Shown piece after piece: positions 50,001-59,319 of a stretch of 64,000 bases of DNA. Under the pieces are notes generated by a model. It was not told the origin of the DNA and searched no databases. It saw only the letters and a list, made by a program, of their open reading frames with translations. Source of the stretch: Candidatus Latescibacterota bacterium (GTDB taxonomy: Bacteria > Latescibacterota > UBA2968 > SICM01); assembly GCA_965217865.1 (NCBI GenBank), contig CBDCJO010000001.1, positions 128,001 through 192,000 on the forward strand, read 5' to 3'. The position numbers and the translations under genes are program-made. The stretch's first letter is position 1. Every line of letters begins with the position of its first letter.

Positions 50001-50072
50001 GACGCCTTCCCGGTCCGCATCGAAGTTACTAAATATCCCGATTTGGGCTCGAGGTTCGAGGTATTCCAATAA
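47022..50072 (+). CDS. sbcC: Exonuclease SbcCD subunit C (Rad50-like SMC ATPase)
   Basis: GQNGHGKS Walker A, long coiled coils with CPLC zinc hook, YSGGE signature, LILDEGFG, ITH. Confidence 0.93.
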   Translation: MVPVRLTLHNFLSYGEDVPTIDFSAFRLACISGQNGHGKSALIDAITWALWGEARKGPGGRKPDPDLLRIGASEMRVEFEFDLEGTHYRVLRSFRKTGRGGTVNLELQGFDSERSSYVALSEAGSVTKTQERVESLLRMSYNTFITSSLVLQGRSDEFTTRPARERKGVLAEILGLDRYDRLVRLARQKGHQAQLQAELQRSKLTAIDTALKDRPEIEREMSEIDGFIENAEARTRDAEKALNDLVAKRSEANARLREADDIKAAMATGQAELSEALQEADRIQSQIREDETLLARRKEIASEIETHNRLRAQEAAFQNKLKTLREQESDKSRLEVKIVEARHNIERRREKWTARLKAAEETIEKSQVFTSRREEIERTYDELETARREFRLWEERRSKFEELEVQTGKLEKQIDEVRSRLDAEAKVLRGQHQDLLEKAGAEQGARADLATEKEEFERLRNLEQEANRLRDQERSLAARADQDQLVAVALETEIKGANERLDLLKKTDEANCPLCESPLDAERRESLVAQLSEDFRQKQSDSESLNQNLHEDRERLAQYHERFECIKSSTEGISDLQRRIVLLESRIAEAIQAAKSADQLAERISSLEVQIQTGSFAEDQRRRLMVLRSSIEAVGYQREAHNSIREKIEALSSVEREKARLDAAEESLKVARGNADESREKIDLADGYLKERRYAREEQAELGAVVDRIKALGYDPERHRSVSEDVERTSQALTLKERLEMAENRVGRAQEDLARVERRTDNRQRRVKELKDRLEILNRDTLDAEDFDRSIKTSETNLRTFRIERDRLLQRRGGLADRIDRCQALASERDEVEKAAKTSEKDMAVYEALTTAFGKDGIPALIIENAIPEIESEANQILSRLTANRTHVAIESLRDLKKGGTRETLDIKISDELGERQYELYSGGEAFRINFALRIALAKLLAKRAGTRLRTLILDEGFGTQDTEGLEHLIEAIQAISQDFDKVLIITHVDEIRDAFPVRIEVTKYPDLGSRFEVFQ

Positions 50073-50116
50073 TTCGTCGACCGTGATCCGTCGTTATATG
50101 CCCATCATCATACGCC

Positions 50117-51241
50117 ATGACAACCAACAGTCGCCCGTTCCGCCCGGCGTGGGTCGAAGTCGATCCTGCTGCCATTGTTCAAAACGTTAGAACGGTTCGA
50201 AAATTCGTCGGGGACCGCGTTGAAGTCTTGGCCGTCGTCAAAGCAGACGGATACGGACACGGCCTGGTCGAATCCGCAAGAGCCGCCCTCGAAGGTGGGG
50301 CGGGGACCCTTGGGGTGGCCATCCTCGATGAGGCATTGACACTCCGCGAGAACGGATTTGACGCCCCGATCATTGTGCTGGGATGCGGGCTCCCGGAACA
50401 CGCAGGGGATCTTGTCCATCATCGCATCGCCCAGGTTGTTTCCGATCTTGAAACCCCGACCGCACTGTCCCGCGAGGCCGGAAAACAAAATCGGGTTGCG
50501 GCCGTCCATCCCAAAATCGACACGGGCATGGGACGCGTCGGATGTCCCTTGGATGAAGGACGGGCTTTCATCGACCGCCTGAAATCACTCCCCCACCTGA
50601 AAATCCAGGGGGTTGCCACCCATTTTTCCCTTTCCGATCCAACACAAATCCCCTCCTTGGAGATCCAGGTCAACCGCTTCGATACCCTCCTCAGCCCGAT
50701 TCAACCGGCTTATCCCCGACACGCGGCCAGCAGTGCTGTAACGCTCCTGGATTCGCGGGCTCATCTTGACATGGTCCGGATCGGTCTGCTAATATACGGC
50801 ATCTTGCCTTATGGAGAACCCTGCCCCATCGATCTCCGGCCCGCCCTGGCGCTCAAGGCAGTGGTCACACAGGTCAAGACAGTCCCTCCAGGTTGGACCA
50901 TCAGCTATGGTGAGACATTTGTGACCCGTCGCACCACCCGACTGGCGATCATCCCGGTCGGATACGCGGACGGCTTTTCCCGCCGACTCTCCAATTCCGG
51001 CCACGTCCTGCTCCAGGGAAAACGATGTCCCATCCTTGGGCGGATCTGCATGGACCAATTCGTCGCGGATGTCACGGACCTCGATTCCGTCTCTGTGTGC
51101 GACGAGGCCGTCCTGATCGGGGAACAGGGGAGGGAAAAGATCACCGTATGGGACCTCACCCAGACCATCGACGGAACCCCCCACGAGATCGTCGCCTGTC
51201 TGGGGCCTCGATTGCCCAGGGCTTTTCGACCCTGGTCTTGA
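50117..51241 (+). CDS. alr: Alanine racemase
   Basis: AVVKADGYGHG, KIDTGMGRVG, SYG, GYADG, GRICMDQ. Confidence 0.95.
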   Translation: MTTNSRPFRPAWVEVDPAAIVQNVRTVRKFVGDRVEVLAVVKADGYGHGLVESARAALEGGAGTLGVAILDEALTLRENGFDAPIIVLGCGLPEHAGDLVHHRIAQVVSDLETPTALSREAGKQNRVAAVHPKIDTGMGRVGCPLDEGRAFIDRLKSLPHLKIQGVATHFSLSDPTQIPSLEIQVNRFDTLLSPIQPAYPRHAASSAVTLLDSRAHLDMVRIGLLIYGILPYGEPCPIDLRPALALKAVVTQVKTVPPGWTISYGETFVTRRTTRLAIIPVGYADGFSRRLSNSGHVLLQGKRCPILGRICMDQFVADVTDLDSVSVCDEAVLIGEQGREKITVWDLTQTIDGTPHEIVACLGPRLPRAFRPWS

Positions 51242-51270
51242 GATCTTTCATACATAGAAGGGATATCACC

Positions 51271-52302
51271 GTGGTCTGTTTTCGACGCTCGATAATAATC
51301 ATCTTCTCTGGTGTCTTCCTATTCTCCTGCACCACCCAGCCCTCCATCTATGTTCGTCCCGGTCTGCAGGCTCCTCCGGAAATTCCTGAAGAAAATATTC
51401 GCATCGAATTCGCAGCCGTAGGGGATTTCGGTACGGGGGACATTCGCGCAAAAGCCGTGGCCAGCCGGATTGCCGCTTCGATGATCAAGAGGGACATCCC
51501 CCGCTTCATCCTCTTTCTTGGCGACAATTTCTACGAACACGGAATCGGGGGGCCAGCGGATGCCGAAAAATCCTTTCAACGAGCGATCGATTTCCCGGGT
51601 TACGGACGCTTGATGTCTCGACACCGAATTCCGATCTATATCATTCCGGGCAACCACGACCACCGCGGTAGTGTCCAGACACAGCGGGAATTTGGCCGGC
51701 AACGATATGGGGATCTCTGGCGACATCCCATCGACAGTCTTGATCTCTTCTTGCCCAAACTCGTGCGCTTTCCCGAAGAGAACCCCGCCATCGATATGGT
51801 TCTGGTCGACTCTGAAGTCATGATAGATCACCCCTCCCCAAGGATGTTTCATCGCCACATCTCGGTCCTCGATTCTCTCTTGAGCCTATCCTCAGCACCC
51901 TGGCGAATCGTAGCCGCCCACCATCCTATCCGATCGGTCGGGAGGCACGCGAACTGGCCGGCCTTCTTCGCTATGTTTTCCAGGCAGGAACTGAAGAACA
52001 AACACTACAAGCGTTATGCGGTGGCGATCGATTCTGTTTTGGTCCGACGGGGTGTACACTTCTTCCTTTCGGGACACGACCATAGCCTTCAGGTTTTCCG
52101 AAGCCCCGGAAAGCCGGTCCACATCATCTCGGGGGCCGGGGGAAAAAGCTCTCCGGTAAGCCCTCTCCCCCCCGCCGGAGATCTCTACTACGCGAATCAG
52201 ATCTATGGCTTCTTCCGGTTGACCGTCGCGGACAGTTCGATCACCTATGCCGCCATTGACACCAGGGGAAAAGTAACCTTTTCGGATCGAATCATCAGAT
52301 AG
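51271..52302 (+). CDS. Metallophosphoesterase (purple acid phosphatase-like) lipoprotein
   Basis: GDFG, LGDNFY, PGNHD, HHP, SGHDH, SGAG; lipobox LFSC after GTG 51271. Confidence 0.85.
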   Translation: MVCFRRSIIIIFSGVFLFSCTTQPSIYVRPGLQAPPEIPEENIRIEFAAVGDFGTGDIRAKAVASRIAASMIKRDIPRFILFLGDNFYEHGIGGPADAEKSFQRAIDFPGYGRLMSRHRIPIYIIPGNHDHRGSVQTQREFGRQRYGDLWRHPIDSLDLFLPKLVRFPEENPAIDMVLVDSEVMIDHPSPRMFHRHISVLDSLLSLSSAPWRIVAAHHPIRSVGRHANWPAFFAMFSRQELKNKHYKRYAVAIDSVLVRRGVHFFLSGHDHSLQVFRSPGKPVHIISGAGGKSSPVSPLPPAGDLYYANQIYGFFRLTVADSSITYAAIDTRGKVTFSDRIIR

Positions 52303-52337
52303 GAGATCGGGGTTCCCCGATGTCGAAAATCGAGCGC

Positions 52338-52425
52338 CTGCATTTTTCGCCTTGCATTTTCTTCCCCGACACCCGACCACTGACCCCTGACTTTGCATTT
52401 TCCATTTTTTATTTTGCCTTTTCTT
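52338..52425. repeat. Pyrimidine-rich heptamer array running up to the next ATG
   Basis: CCCCGAC ACCCGAC CACTGAC CCCTGAC TTTGCAT TTTCCAT TTTTTAT TTTGCCT. Confidence 0.8.
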
Positions 52426-54021
52426 ATGCTCGCCCTGCTCAACGGCATCATCCACACCCTCGACCCAACCAGACCCCGTGCTTCGGCAATCCTCATTCAA
52501 GAAGACCGGATCGTCTCTTTGGGCGATGATCCGGAGATCCTCCCTTCAGCTGACCCCTCAGCCGAGAAGATCGACCTGCAGGGACGTACGGTTGTGCCGG
52601 GTTTCGTCGACGCTCACGTTCACCTCCTGAACCTCGGACTCAGCCTGCGGTCCGTCAACCTGGACGGCGTCCCATCGATCCGGAGATGCGTCGACCGGGT
52701 CAAAAATCAAGTGGACCGGGCCTCTTTCCAGTCGTGGGTGACCGGTCTGGGATGGAACTATACCATATGGGAGGAAGCTCGCTTTCCGCACCGGACCGAT
52801 CTCGACGAAATCTCTCCTTCGCATCCAGTGGTCCTCACGAGCAAAAACGGACACCAGGCCTGGTGCAACTCCGCAGCCCTCCGTCTTGCCGACATCCGTA
52901 AAAATACCTCTGATCCGCCTGGAGGAAGAATCGAGCGAGAGCCGGATGGCGAACCCACGGGGGTACTGTCCGAAGAGGCCATCCAACTGGTGACACGACA
53001 CGTCCCCGATCCTACGCCAGACTGCCTACTGGAAGCTTATCTGGATGCGCAGAGAATGGCCAACGCCAGGGGATTAACGGGATTTCACGATTGCGATGCT
53101 CACGGCTACGACGGGATCGCCATGCGGGAGATGCTTGAAGGGCTCCACCGCAATGACCGGCTCACACTTCGCGCTGTCCTGATGATCCCCGACGACCGGA
53201 TCGATGAAGCAATCGCCCGGGGCTGGAGAACCGGAGAGGGGAATAGTCACGTTCGCGTGGGTCCGGTCAAGGTCTTCGCGGACGGGGCCCTCGGCCCCCG
53301 TACAGCGGACATGCTCGACCCTTATGAGGGCGAGCCCCAAAACCGGGGCATGGTCGTCACGGAGGAAGGCCGGCTCTTCGACCTCACGGCAAAAGCCCAC
53401 GGCAACGGGCTGCAGTTGGCCGTCCACGCCATCGGTGACCGCGCAGTTCGCCGCTGCCTCGACGCGTTCGAAAGAAGCCTTCGGACGACTCCGGGGGATT
53501 TCAGACCGCGCATCGAGCACGTTCAGGTCGTGGATCCCGAGGATCTCGACAGATTCAGACCGCTCGGGGTCGTCGCCTCGATGCAGCCCATTCACGCCCC
53601 ATCTGACATGGAAATGGCCGATCGTTTCTGGGGCCCCCGTGTCCGATCGTCCTATGCCTGGCGCTCCCTCCTTGATGCGGGTGCGGAAGTGGCCTTCGGC
53701 TCCGACTGCCCGGTGGAGCCCCTCGATCCGCTTTTCGGGCTGTACGCCGCGGTGACGCGCAAACGGGGTGACGGTACCCCACCCGGAGGTTGGACACCGG
53801 AACAATGCATCACAATATCTGAGGCCCTTCACGCCTACACCCACGGATCTGCCTACGCCTCCGGTCAGGAGGCTCATCTGGGGACCCTGGCGCCCGGAAA
53901 GCTCGCAGACCTCGTCGTCCTGTCCCACGACATCCTTTCCATACCATCGGATGAGATCCCGGATGTAAAAGTGTTCATGACGATGGTTGGAGGGAGGACG
54001 GTTTTTCAGGCTGAAGAATGA
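52426..54021 (+). CDS. Amidohydrolase_3 (YtcJ-like) protein
   Basis: PGFVDAHVH, KVFADGALG, HAIGD, RIEH, FGSDCPV, GKLADLVVL. Confidence 0.9.
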   Translation: MLALLNGIIHTLDPTRPRASAILIQEDRIVSLGDDPEILPSADPSAEKIDLQGRTVVPGFVDAHVHLLNLGLSLRSVNLDGVPSIRRCVDRVKNQVDRASFQSWVTGLGWNYTIWEEARFPHRTDLDEISPSHPVVLTSKNGHQAWCNSAALRLADIRKNTSDPPGGRIEREPDGEPTGVLSEEAIQLVTRHVPDPTPDCLLEAYLDAQRMANARGLTGFHDCDAHGYDGIAMREMLEGLHRNDRLTLRAVLMIPDDRIDEAIARGWRTGEGNSHVRVGPVKVFADGALGPRTADMLDPYEGEPQNRGMVVTEEGRLFDLTAKAHGNGLQLAVHAIGDRAVRRCLDAFERSLRTTPGDFRPRIEHVQVVDPEDLDRFRPLGVVASMQPIHAPSDMEMADRFWGPRVRSSYAWRSLLDAGAEVAFGSDCPVEPLDPLFGLYAAVTRKRGDGTPPGGWTPEQCITISEALHAYTHGSAYASGQEAHLGTLAPGKLADLVVLSHDILSIPSDEIPDVKVFMTMVGGRTVFQAEE

Positions 54022-54080
54022 GGGAGACATCCACCTGGTCTTATGGAACCTGGATTTATACGACATATCGTGAGTTCTCA

Positions 54081-54551
54081 ATGATTGAAATTGTTATTCC
54101 GGGTTATAAAACCCTGCGACTTGAGCATCTTGTCCTGGACTACAACGGGACCCTCGCTTGCGACGGGAAACGCCTTGACGGCGTTGAGGAACGTCTCGAA
54201 GCCCTCTCCCGTCAAGTGAGGGTTCACGTCCTGACAGCAGACACATTCGGAAAAGTAAGATCTGGAATGGAAAAAATTCCCTGCGAACTCTCCATTCTTC
54301 CCGTTGGCGATCAAGACAAAGGAAAGCTCGAATACATCCAGGGACTTGGCCCCGAGTCCACGGTATGTATCGGAAACGGACGGAATGATCGGCTCATGCT
54401 TAAGAACGCCTCCCTTGGAATAGCTGTGGTTCTTGAAGAAGGCGCTGCAATTGAAGCTCTTTCTGAAGCCGATGTTGTTTGTACGAGGATAAATGACGCT
54501 CTGGACCTGCTTCTGAACCCCCTGCGGTTGGTCGCAACCATGAGGTCTTAA
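54081..54551 (+). CDS. HAD-family hydrolase (soluble P-type ATPase-like)
   Basis: LDYNGTLA, TADTFG, IGNGRND, RLVATMR. Confidence 0.88.
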   Translation: MIEIVIPGYKTLRLEHLVLDYNGTLACDGKRLDGVEERLEALSRQVRVHVLTADTFGKVRSGMEKIPCELSILPVGDQDKGKLEYIQGLGPESTVCIGNGRNDRLMLKNASLGIAVVLEEGAAIEALSEADVVCTRINDALDLLLNPLRLVATMRS

Positions 54552-54605
54552 GGAAGCGGGTTTCGTTTTTTTCCCAGTGAGATCGAACGGATCGTTCTTA
54601 AATAT

Positions 54606-55506
54606 TTGGTAATTAGGAAGATATTGGTACCAGATTCACCAGATATGAAGCAATAATTGGGAAGAGATCCTCGTCTTCCTGGTTGAATCTGAACTCTGTT
54701 TCCTTCAGGTATAAATGGAAATGATGTCGAGGGATTCCTCTGTATTGATATAGCCAATTTTTAGAAAAACTCCAGAAGCCTTCGATGCCATTGATGTGAT
54801 GTCGGCCTTTGCCTTTGGGCACCCCTTCTTCTTTTCGAACAACCACGTGGTCACCTTTGACTGACAGCCAAGTGTAGGCGTGCCAGTCATCGGTGTAGTA
54901 TAGACTGCCTGCTTTGGTGTGTGAGGTCACAAGCGGTGTAAGGGTGTTTCGACTTCGATCCGGAATGGGAAAGGTGAGGACTTTTCCGTTCCTCTGATAA
55001 AGCCCGAAAACCAAGTGTTTTCCGGCTGCTCCCCATCCACGCTTACCCTTATGATGACCTCCATACATCGCCTCGTCCAACTCGATCTCACCCCAAAGCA
55101 CCTGGTCCGTAAAGCTATGATCGTAGATGGCCTGGCGAAACGTGGTATAAATCCGCTGAGCCGTTTTCAGCGATACGGACAGGTAGTGCCTGGATCGGTA
55201 AGAGGGCACTCCCAATACAAACAGATAAAGTAAATGGGCAAGCTCGTCAAATGAAATTCGAAGCCTTTCAAGATAAGTGCCCGTGAAATCTTTAAACCGA
55301 TATCCACACCGTGAACACCTGAACCGATCGTCTTTTAATAAGGGCAACCTGCGCTGATAATCGCAGCTTGGACATCGCCTTTTTCCACCCCAACGGGCTG
55401 CACGAAAATAGGCCCTACTTATCTTGCAGTCATTTGCTAACTTAAGTGGATTAATTACCAGCATATTATTAATATACGCTGGTGCCAATATCTACTCAAT
55501 CACCAA
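54606..55506 (-). mobile_element. IS1595-family insertion sequence
   Basis: Imperfect 28-bp IRs: TTGGTAATTAGGAAGATATTGGTACCAG versus reverse complement TTGGTGATTGAGTAGATATTGGCACCAG; lower GC. Confidence 0.88.
54613..55464 (-). CDS. IS1595 (ISXO2-like) transposase
   Basis: Zinc ribbon CPSC..CSRC, ELDEAMYGG, YTDDW, HINGIEGFWS, YLKETEFRFN. Confidence 0.93.
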   Translation of the reverse strand: MLVINPLKLANDCKISRAYFRAARWGGKRRCPSCDYQRRLPLLKDDRFRCSRCGYRFKDFTGTYLERLRISFDELAHLLYLFVLGVPSYRSRHYLSVSLKTAQRIYTTFRQAIYDHSFTDQVLWGEIELDEAMYGGHHKGKRGWGAAGKHLVFGLYQRNGKVLTFPIPDRSRNTLTPLVTSHTKAGSLYYTDDWHAYTWLSVKGDHVVVRKEEGVPKGKGRHHINGIEGFWSFSKNWLYQYRGIPRHHFHLYLKETEFRFNQEDEDLFPIIASYLVNLVPISS

Positions 55507-56351
55507 CATTATAACCCCTCAAATCCTCTTCCGTGTTTGGATTCCATGCCAAAATGATCTTGCTGACATCACCGACCGCGGCCAAGCCCCCCCGGGGTGG
55601 CGATTCCGGACGTGATCAGAGACTTCACCTCAGAACGGGCGCTCTCGTTACCGGGCGGGTCCAGGGCACTCACCGCATAGAAATACTGTGTGCCCCCCTT
55701 CACATCTTTGTCGACAAAACTCGTAACAACCGATGTGGTATCCACCAGGAGAGCGAACGCGTCGGGAGTTCCCTCCGAACGGTATATGCGGAAACCGGAA
55801 AGACCGGTCAAGTCGGACCCCGTGGCGTCCGTGGAGGGTAAGGTCCAGCCCAGGGTGACTTCCCCCGTCGAGAGGTCTGTCAGGACCGACAAGTTCTGAG
55901 GGGGGGCCGGGGGAGAGGTGTCGCGGATAAGCTCCACCCCCACAGGATTCGATAAATCGCTGACCAGCCGGCCTCGGTTTACCGTGGAAATCCGGTAGTA
56001 ATAGATCACGGCTTCACCCGTGAAGGAACTGTCTACGAACGTATTCCTTCCAGTCGTAATGAGCGTGTCCCCCGCCACGTCACCCGAAAGAAAATCGAAA
56101 GTTCCGGTTGGTGACGTAGAGCGATAGACGCCGTAACCCAGCACGTTCGTGAATTCAGGCGGGGTCCAGGAAATTTGAATCCGACCAAACAATCCTGTTC
56201 CGGCGATCTCCGTCGGGGGGGCGGGTCTGCTCGCAAAGGCGCTGGACTGAGGATCAAGTGGGTTGTTGCGATCCCGGCCGCAGTGAGTGCCGATCAGCCC
56301 GAGGAAGATCGCAGCGTAAAGCCAAACCCGTGGCCATCGATCAACCCGCAT
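55507..56351 (-). pseudogene. Fibronectin type III lipoprotein, frameshifted (~55590) and truncated by IS1595
   Basis: Lipoprotein signal ..GTHC followed by NNPLDP; two FN3 units; a third unit (LAAVGDVSKIILAWNPNTEEDLRGYNV) is in the shifted frame and runs into the IS end. Confidence 0.75.
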
Positions 56352-56445
56352 GTTAGCCCCTCCAGGGGTTCGATGCCGTTGTCGCCGCTTGTAGGATCAA
56401 AACCATATCTTCGGGACCCATTTCCCTGATTCCTCGAGAGATCGA

Positions 56446-56904
56446 TTAAAAGTTTTTCCGGATTTTTATCCCCAACCCCTTCTGCTGGTTGAACCCGGAG
56501 ATATCCAAACCCAATGTATCCGTGAATTTTAGCGACTCCTCGCCTTCCTTCTCGGAACCGTCCATAAGGAGAAGCCGGACCCCGGCCACCAGGAAAGCTG
56601 TCGAAATGACGACGCTGATCTGACTTTTCGTGTCTCGATCGCTCGTTCGTTTGAACAGGTCCGTTGCCTCGTTGGCAGTCGTGGCGCTCTTATAACGATC
56701 ATACAATTTATTCGCTTCTCGCCGGTAATCCCAAGCCCTGATGGCCAGGTAACCGCTTCCGCTCAAGAACAGGGCCGTGAACGTCCTCCGTGCCGTGAAG
56801 GTCGTTTTGGCCTCCAGAGCGGCAGGAACCACACCTGCTCCTAAGAAAAGGAGGGCAAGAAATACAGCGATAACATTCCGGCTACAGCCCGGAAATCGCA
56901 TCAC
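56446..56904 (-). CDS. Hypothetical exported/membrane protein
   Basis: 152 aa; signal peptide; two hydrophobic helices flanking ANKLYDRYKSA; AAGGAG RBS. Confidence 0.7.
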   Translation of the reverse strand: MMRFPGCSRNVIAVFLALLFLGAGVVPAALEAKTTFTARRTFTALFLSGSGYLAIRAWDYRREANKLYDRYKSATTANEATDLFKRTSDRDTKSQISVVISTAFLVAGVRLLLMDGSEKEGEESLKFTDTLGLDISGFNQQKGLGIKIRKNF

Positions 56905-57146
56905 GGGCTCCTTTCATGAGCGTTCTCCTCCCCACCTACGGAACTGGGTAAAGGTCCCCCATTCCCGGGGGGTTGTGTGGAAACCCTGGTATGGACCGAT
57001 CGTCAACTTGAAAAAACAGGAAGTGTCCCGATGAAAAAAACGGGCGCGACAGGCCCTCTTCAGGCCCGAATAAGGTGGGGAGAACAACAACTGAAGCCGT
57101 CGTGGGGGGACGACCTATGGTTCTGCTATGGGGTTCTGATGTGCAT

Positions 57147-57175
57147 ATTATAAGGTAGATGGGCCAAAAAAGCAA
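57147..57175 (-). promoter_or_regulatory. Sigma70-type promoter ahead of a long leader
   Basis: TTGCTT - 17 bp - TATAAT on the minus strand. Confidence 0.6.
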
Positions 57176-57231
57176 TCATAAATCTTATCTCGGTCATCTT
57201 GGAGGTATCGAGAAACCTCGATCGTGCTGCC

Positions 57232-58233
57232 TTACGGCGCTGAATGCCCTCCTTCACTCCCTGGATGCCCCTCCCCGACTTGTTGCAGCCGCCCTTTTTC
57301 ACCCGCCTTTCGAAATATGAAAATGACACCCCCCAAAAGACTGGCTGCAATCCCCGATAAATAACCCATGAACATCAGAGCCATCGAAGGGGCCGGTCCG
57401 ACCGCCACACGTTGAAGCAAAAAAGCTCCGAAGTTTTCACGCACTCCGATGCCGCCGAATGAGATCGGAATCGCAGCCACCACGGCTATGATGGGGATGA
57501 AAACCAAAAAATGGCGGAAGGAGACCCCAAGCCCGAGGGCATGCCCGACGGTATAGTATACAGCGACTCGCAGCAACTGAACGAAAGCGGAGAGGACAAG
57601 AACGATCGCAAGCGTGCCCATTCGAGATCGATACAGGATAAAACTTCCCCTGATCTTTCCGATCCGCTCTCCCAGCGGCAAGGGCAATAAACGACGACCG
57701 ACGTGTTCAATCAGACCGCTTAACCTCCTGCTAAAACCCATGGCGAGTAGCCCCGCGAGAAACAGGCAAAGCCCCGCGATCGGAATCAACAGGTCAAATC
57801 CCCACAGGGTTGGGGAGAAAATGTATGCCACCAGCGAAAAAATGATCATCGTAAACAGGCCCATGAACCTGTCTACGAAGGTTGCCGCAAATGCGGGGGA
57901 TCCCTCTCCCGTCGTCCGTTTGAGATCATAAATTCGGACTGCGTCTCCCCCGATGTTGCTGATCAGGAAATTGTTGAAAAAGACACCCACCATGTAGAGC
58001 ATCTGAACGTGCAGGTGTGATAAGGCGATCCCCTGTGCTCTTAAGAGAAGATGCCACTGGACACCCCCGAGGAGGTTGCTGATCACAAAGATGGCAACCG
58101 AAGCAGAGAGCAGGCTGACATCGGCCCCCTTGAAAGCTGTTATAACATCCGCCCAGCCGAACTTCATGAAGAATACGGTGATGAGCCCTGCGCTGACGAC
58201 GGCCTTCAACAGAAACAGCAGGAAATGCCTCAA
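57232..58233 (-). CDS. Lysylphosphatidylglycerol synthase TM / flippase-like (UPF0104) protein
   Basis: W..LL, FFNNFL.SNIGGDAVR, DR..G, IPISFGGIGVRE. Confidence 0.88.
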   Translation of the reverse strand: MRHFLLFLLKAVVSAGLITVFFMKFGWADVITAFKGADVSLLSASVAIFVISNLLGGVQWHLLLRAQGIALSHLHVQMLYMVGVFFNNFLISNIGGDAVRIYDLKRTTGEGSPAFAATFVDRFMGLFTMIIFSLVAYIFSPTLWGFDLLIPIAGLCLFLAGLLAMGFSRRLSGLIEHVGRRLLPLPLGERIGKIRGSFILYRSRMGTLAIVLVLSAFVQLLRVAVYYTVGHALGLGVSFRHFLVFIPIIAVVAAIPISFGGIGVRENFGAFLLQRVAVGPAPSMALMFMGYLSGIAASLLGGVIFIFRKAGEKGRLQQVGEGHPGSEGGHSAP

Positions 58234-58287
58234 AGTTTCCCTCAGTCGATAACGAATCCGGTCATAAAATTAGATTCCGTTCCAACA

Positions 58288-59319
58288 TCAACAGCCCACA
58301 TCACTCGCCCGAACGATCCCTTTAACGAAATGTTGATAGGCGATCGAACCCATGAAGATCCGTCCATCAATTTCCCGATCCGCCACCCTCCGAATCATCT
58401 GAGATTTCCGGCGGCCTCGCAGGAGCGCCAATGGGTGAAATACCAGCCACACGAAGGCCTGCACGACAGCCAATGGACGTTTCCATTCGAGGCGGGAACA
58501 ATCCCGAAGAATCGTCAGAACCTCAAGCCCGATTCGAACGGGTAATACCCATAAGAGACGTTGGGACGAGCAATTTTTGATCAGGGTGATCAGGTTGTTT
58601 CGATGATTCAGATAGAGCTTCTTAACGTGAGCCCCGGACAGCGTCCACCCCGAATAGTGATAAATTACGGAGGTGGGTACCGAAGATATGGTTCCCCCGG
58701 ATATTTGGATTCGCCAGCAGAGATCGATTTCCTCCCAGTGCATCCATAGGTTTTCATCGAGGAACCCTGTCACATCGAGGATTTTCCTCCGAATTAAAAT
58801 CGCGGTCCCCGAAGCCCAGAAAATGGGTCTCGGCTCATCGTACTGACCCCAGTCCTCCTCTGTCACATTGAAGACGCGGCCCAAACAGAACGCATATCCA
58901 AAACAATCGATAAGACCTCCAGCCGCCCCCGAATAGTCGAACCGGTCTCGGTCTCTGGAGGAGCGGATCTTGGGTTGGCATGCGGCAAATTCCGGATGTC
59001 CTTCCATGGTTTCGACCAGGGGTTCCAGCCAGCCGTCGGTGACTTCTACATCGTTGTTCAGGAGTAAAACATACCGGCTTCTGGCTGCCCTCAACCCCCT
59101 ATTGCACGCAGCGGCAAATCCGATATTGCGTTCATTTCGGAGGACCTCGATTTGAGGAAATCTGTCCTTCGCCCGTTGGATGCTCTTGTGATCGGGATAA
59201 TCATCTATCACAAGCACGCGCGTCGGAATTCGTGTCCGGGAGAACAGGTATTCCAGACATTCCAGCAGGATTTCGCCCTCATAGTGGGGTATGACGATAG
59301 TGACGAGCGGTTCGGACAT
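58288..59319 (-). CDS. Glycosyltransferase family 2
   Basis: NIGFAAACNRG, LLNNDVEV, FWASG, EEIDLCWR. Confidence 0.92.
   Translation of the reverse strand: MSEPLVTIVIPHYEGEILLECLEYLFSRTRIPTRVLVIDDYPDHKSIQRAKDRFPQIEVLRNERNIGFAAACNRGLRAARSRYVLLLNNDVEVTDGWLEPLVETMEGHPEFAACQPKIRSSRDRDRFDYSGAAGGLIDCFGYAFCLGRVFNVTEEDWGQYDEPRPIFWASGTAILIRRKILDVTGFLDENLWMHWEEIDLCWRIQISGGTISSVPTSVIYHYSGWTLSGAHVKKLYLNHRNNLITLIKNCSSQRLLWVLPVRIGLEVLTILRDCSRLEWKRPLAVVQAFVWLVFHPLALLRGRRKSQMIRRVADREIDGRIFMGSIAYQHFVKGIVRASDVGC

Noticed and set aside
45639-50072. SMC-based defence system (Wadjet/Lamassu)
   Set aside because: Canonical sbcD-sbcC pair with zinc hook in a housekeeping context; no effector genes
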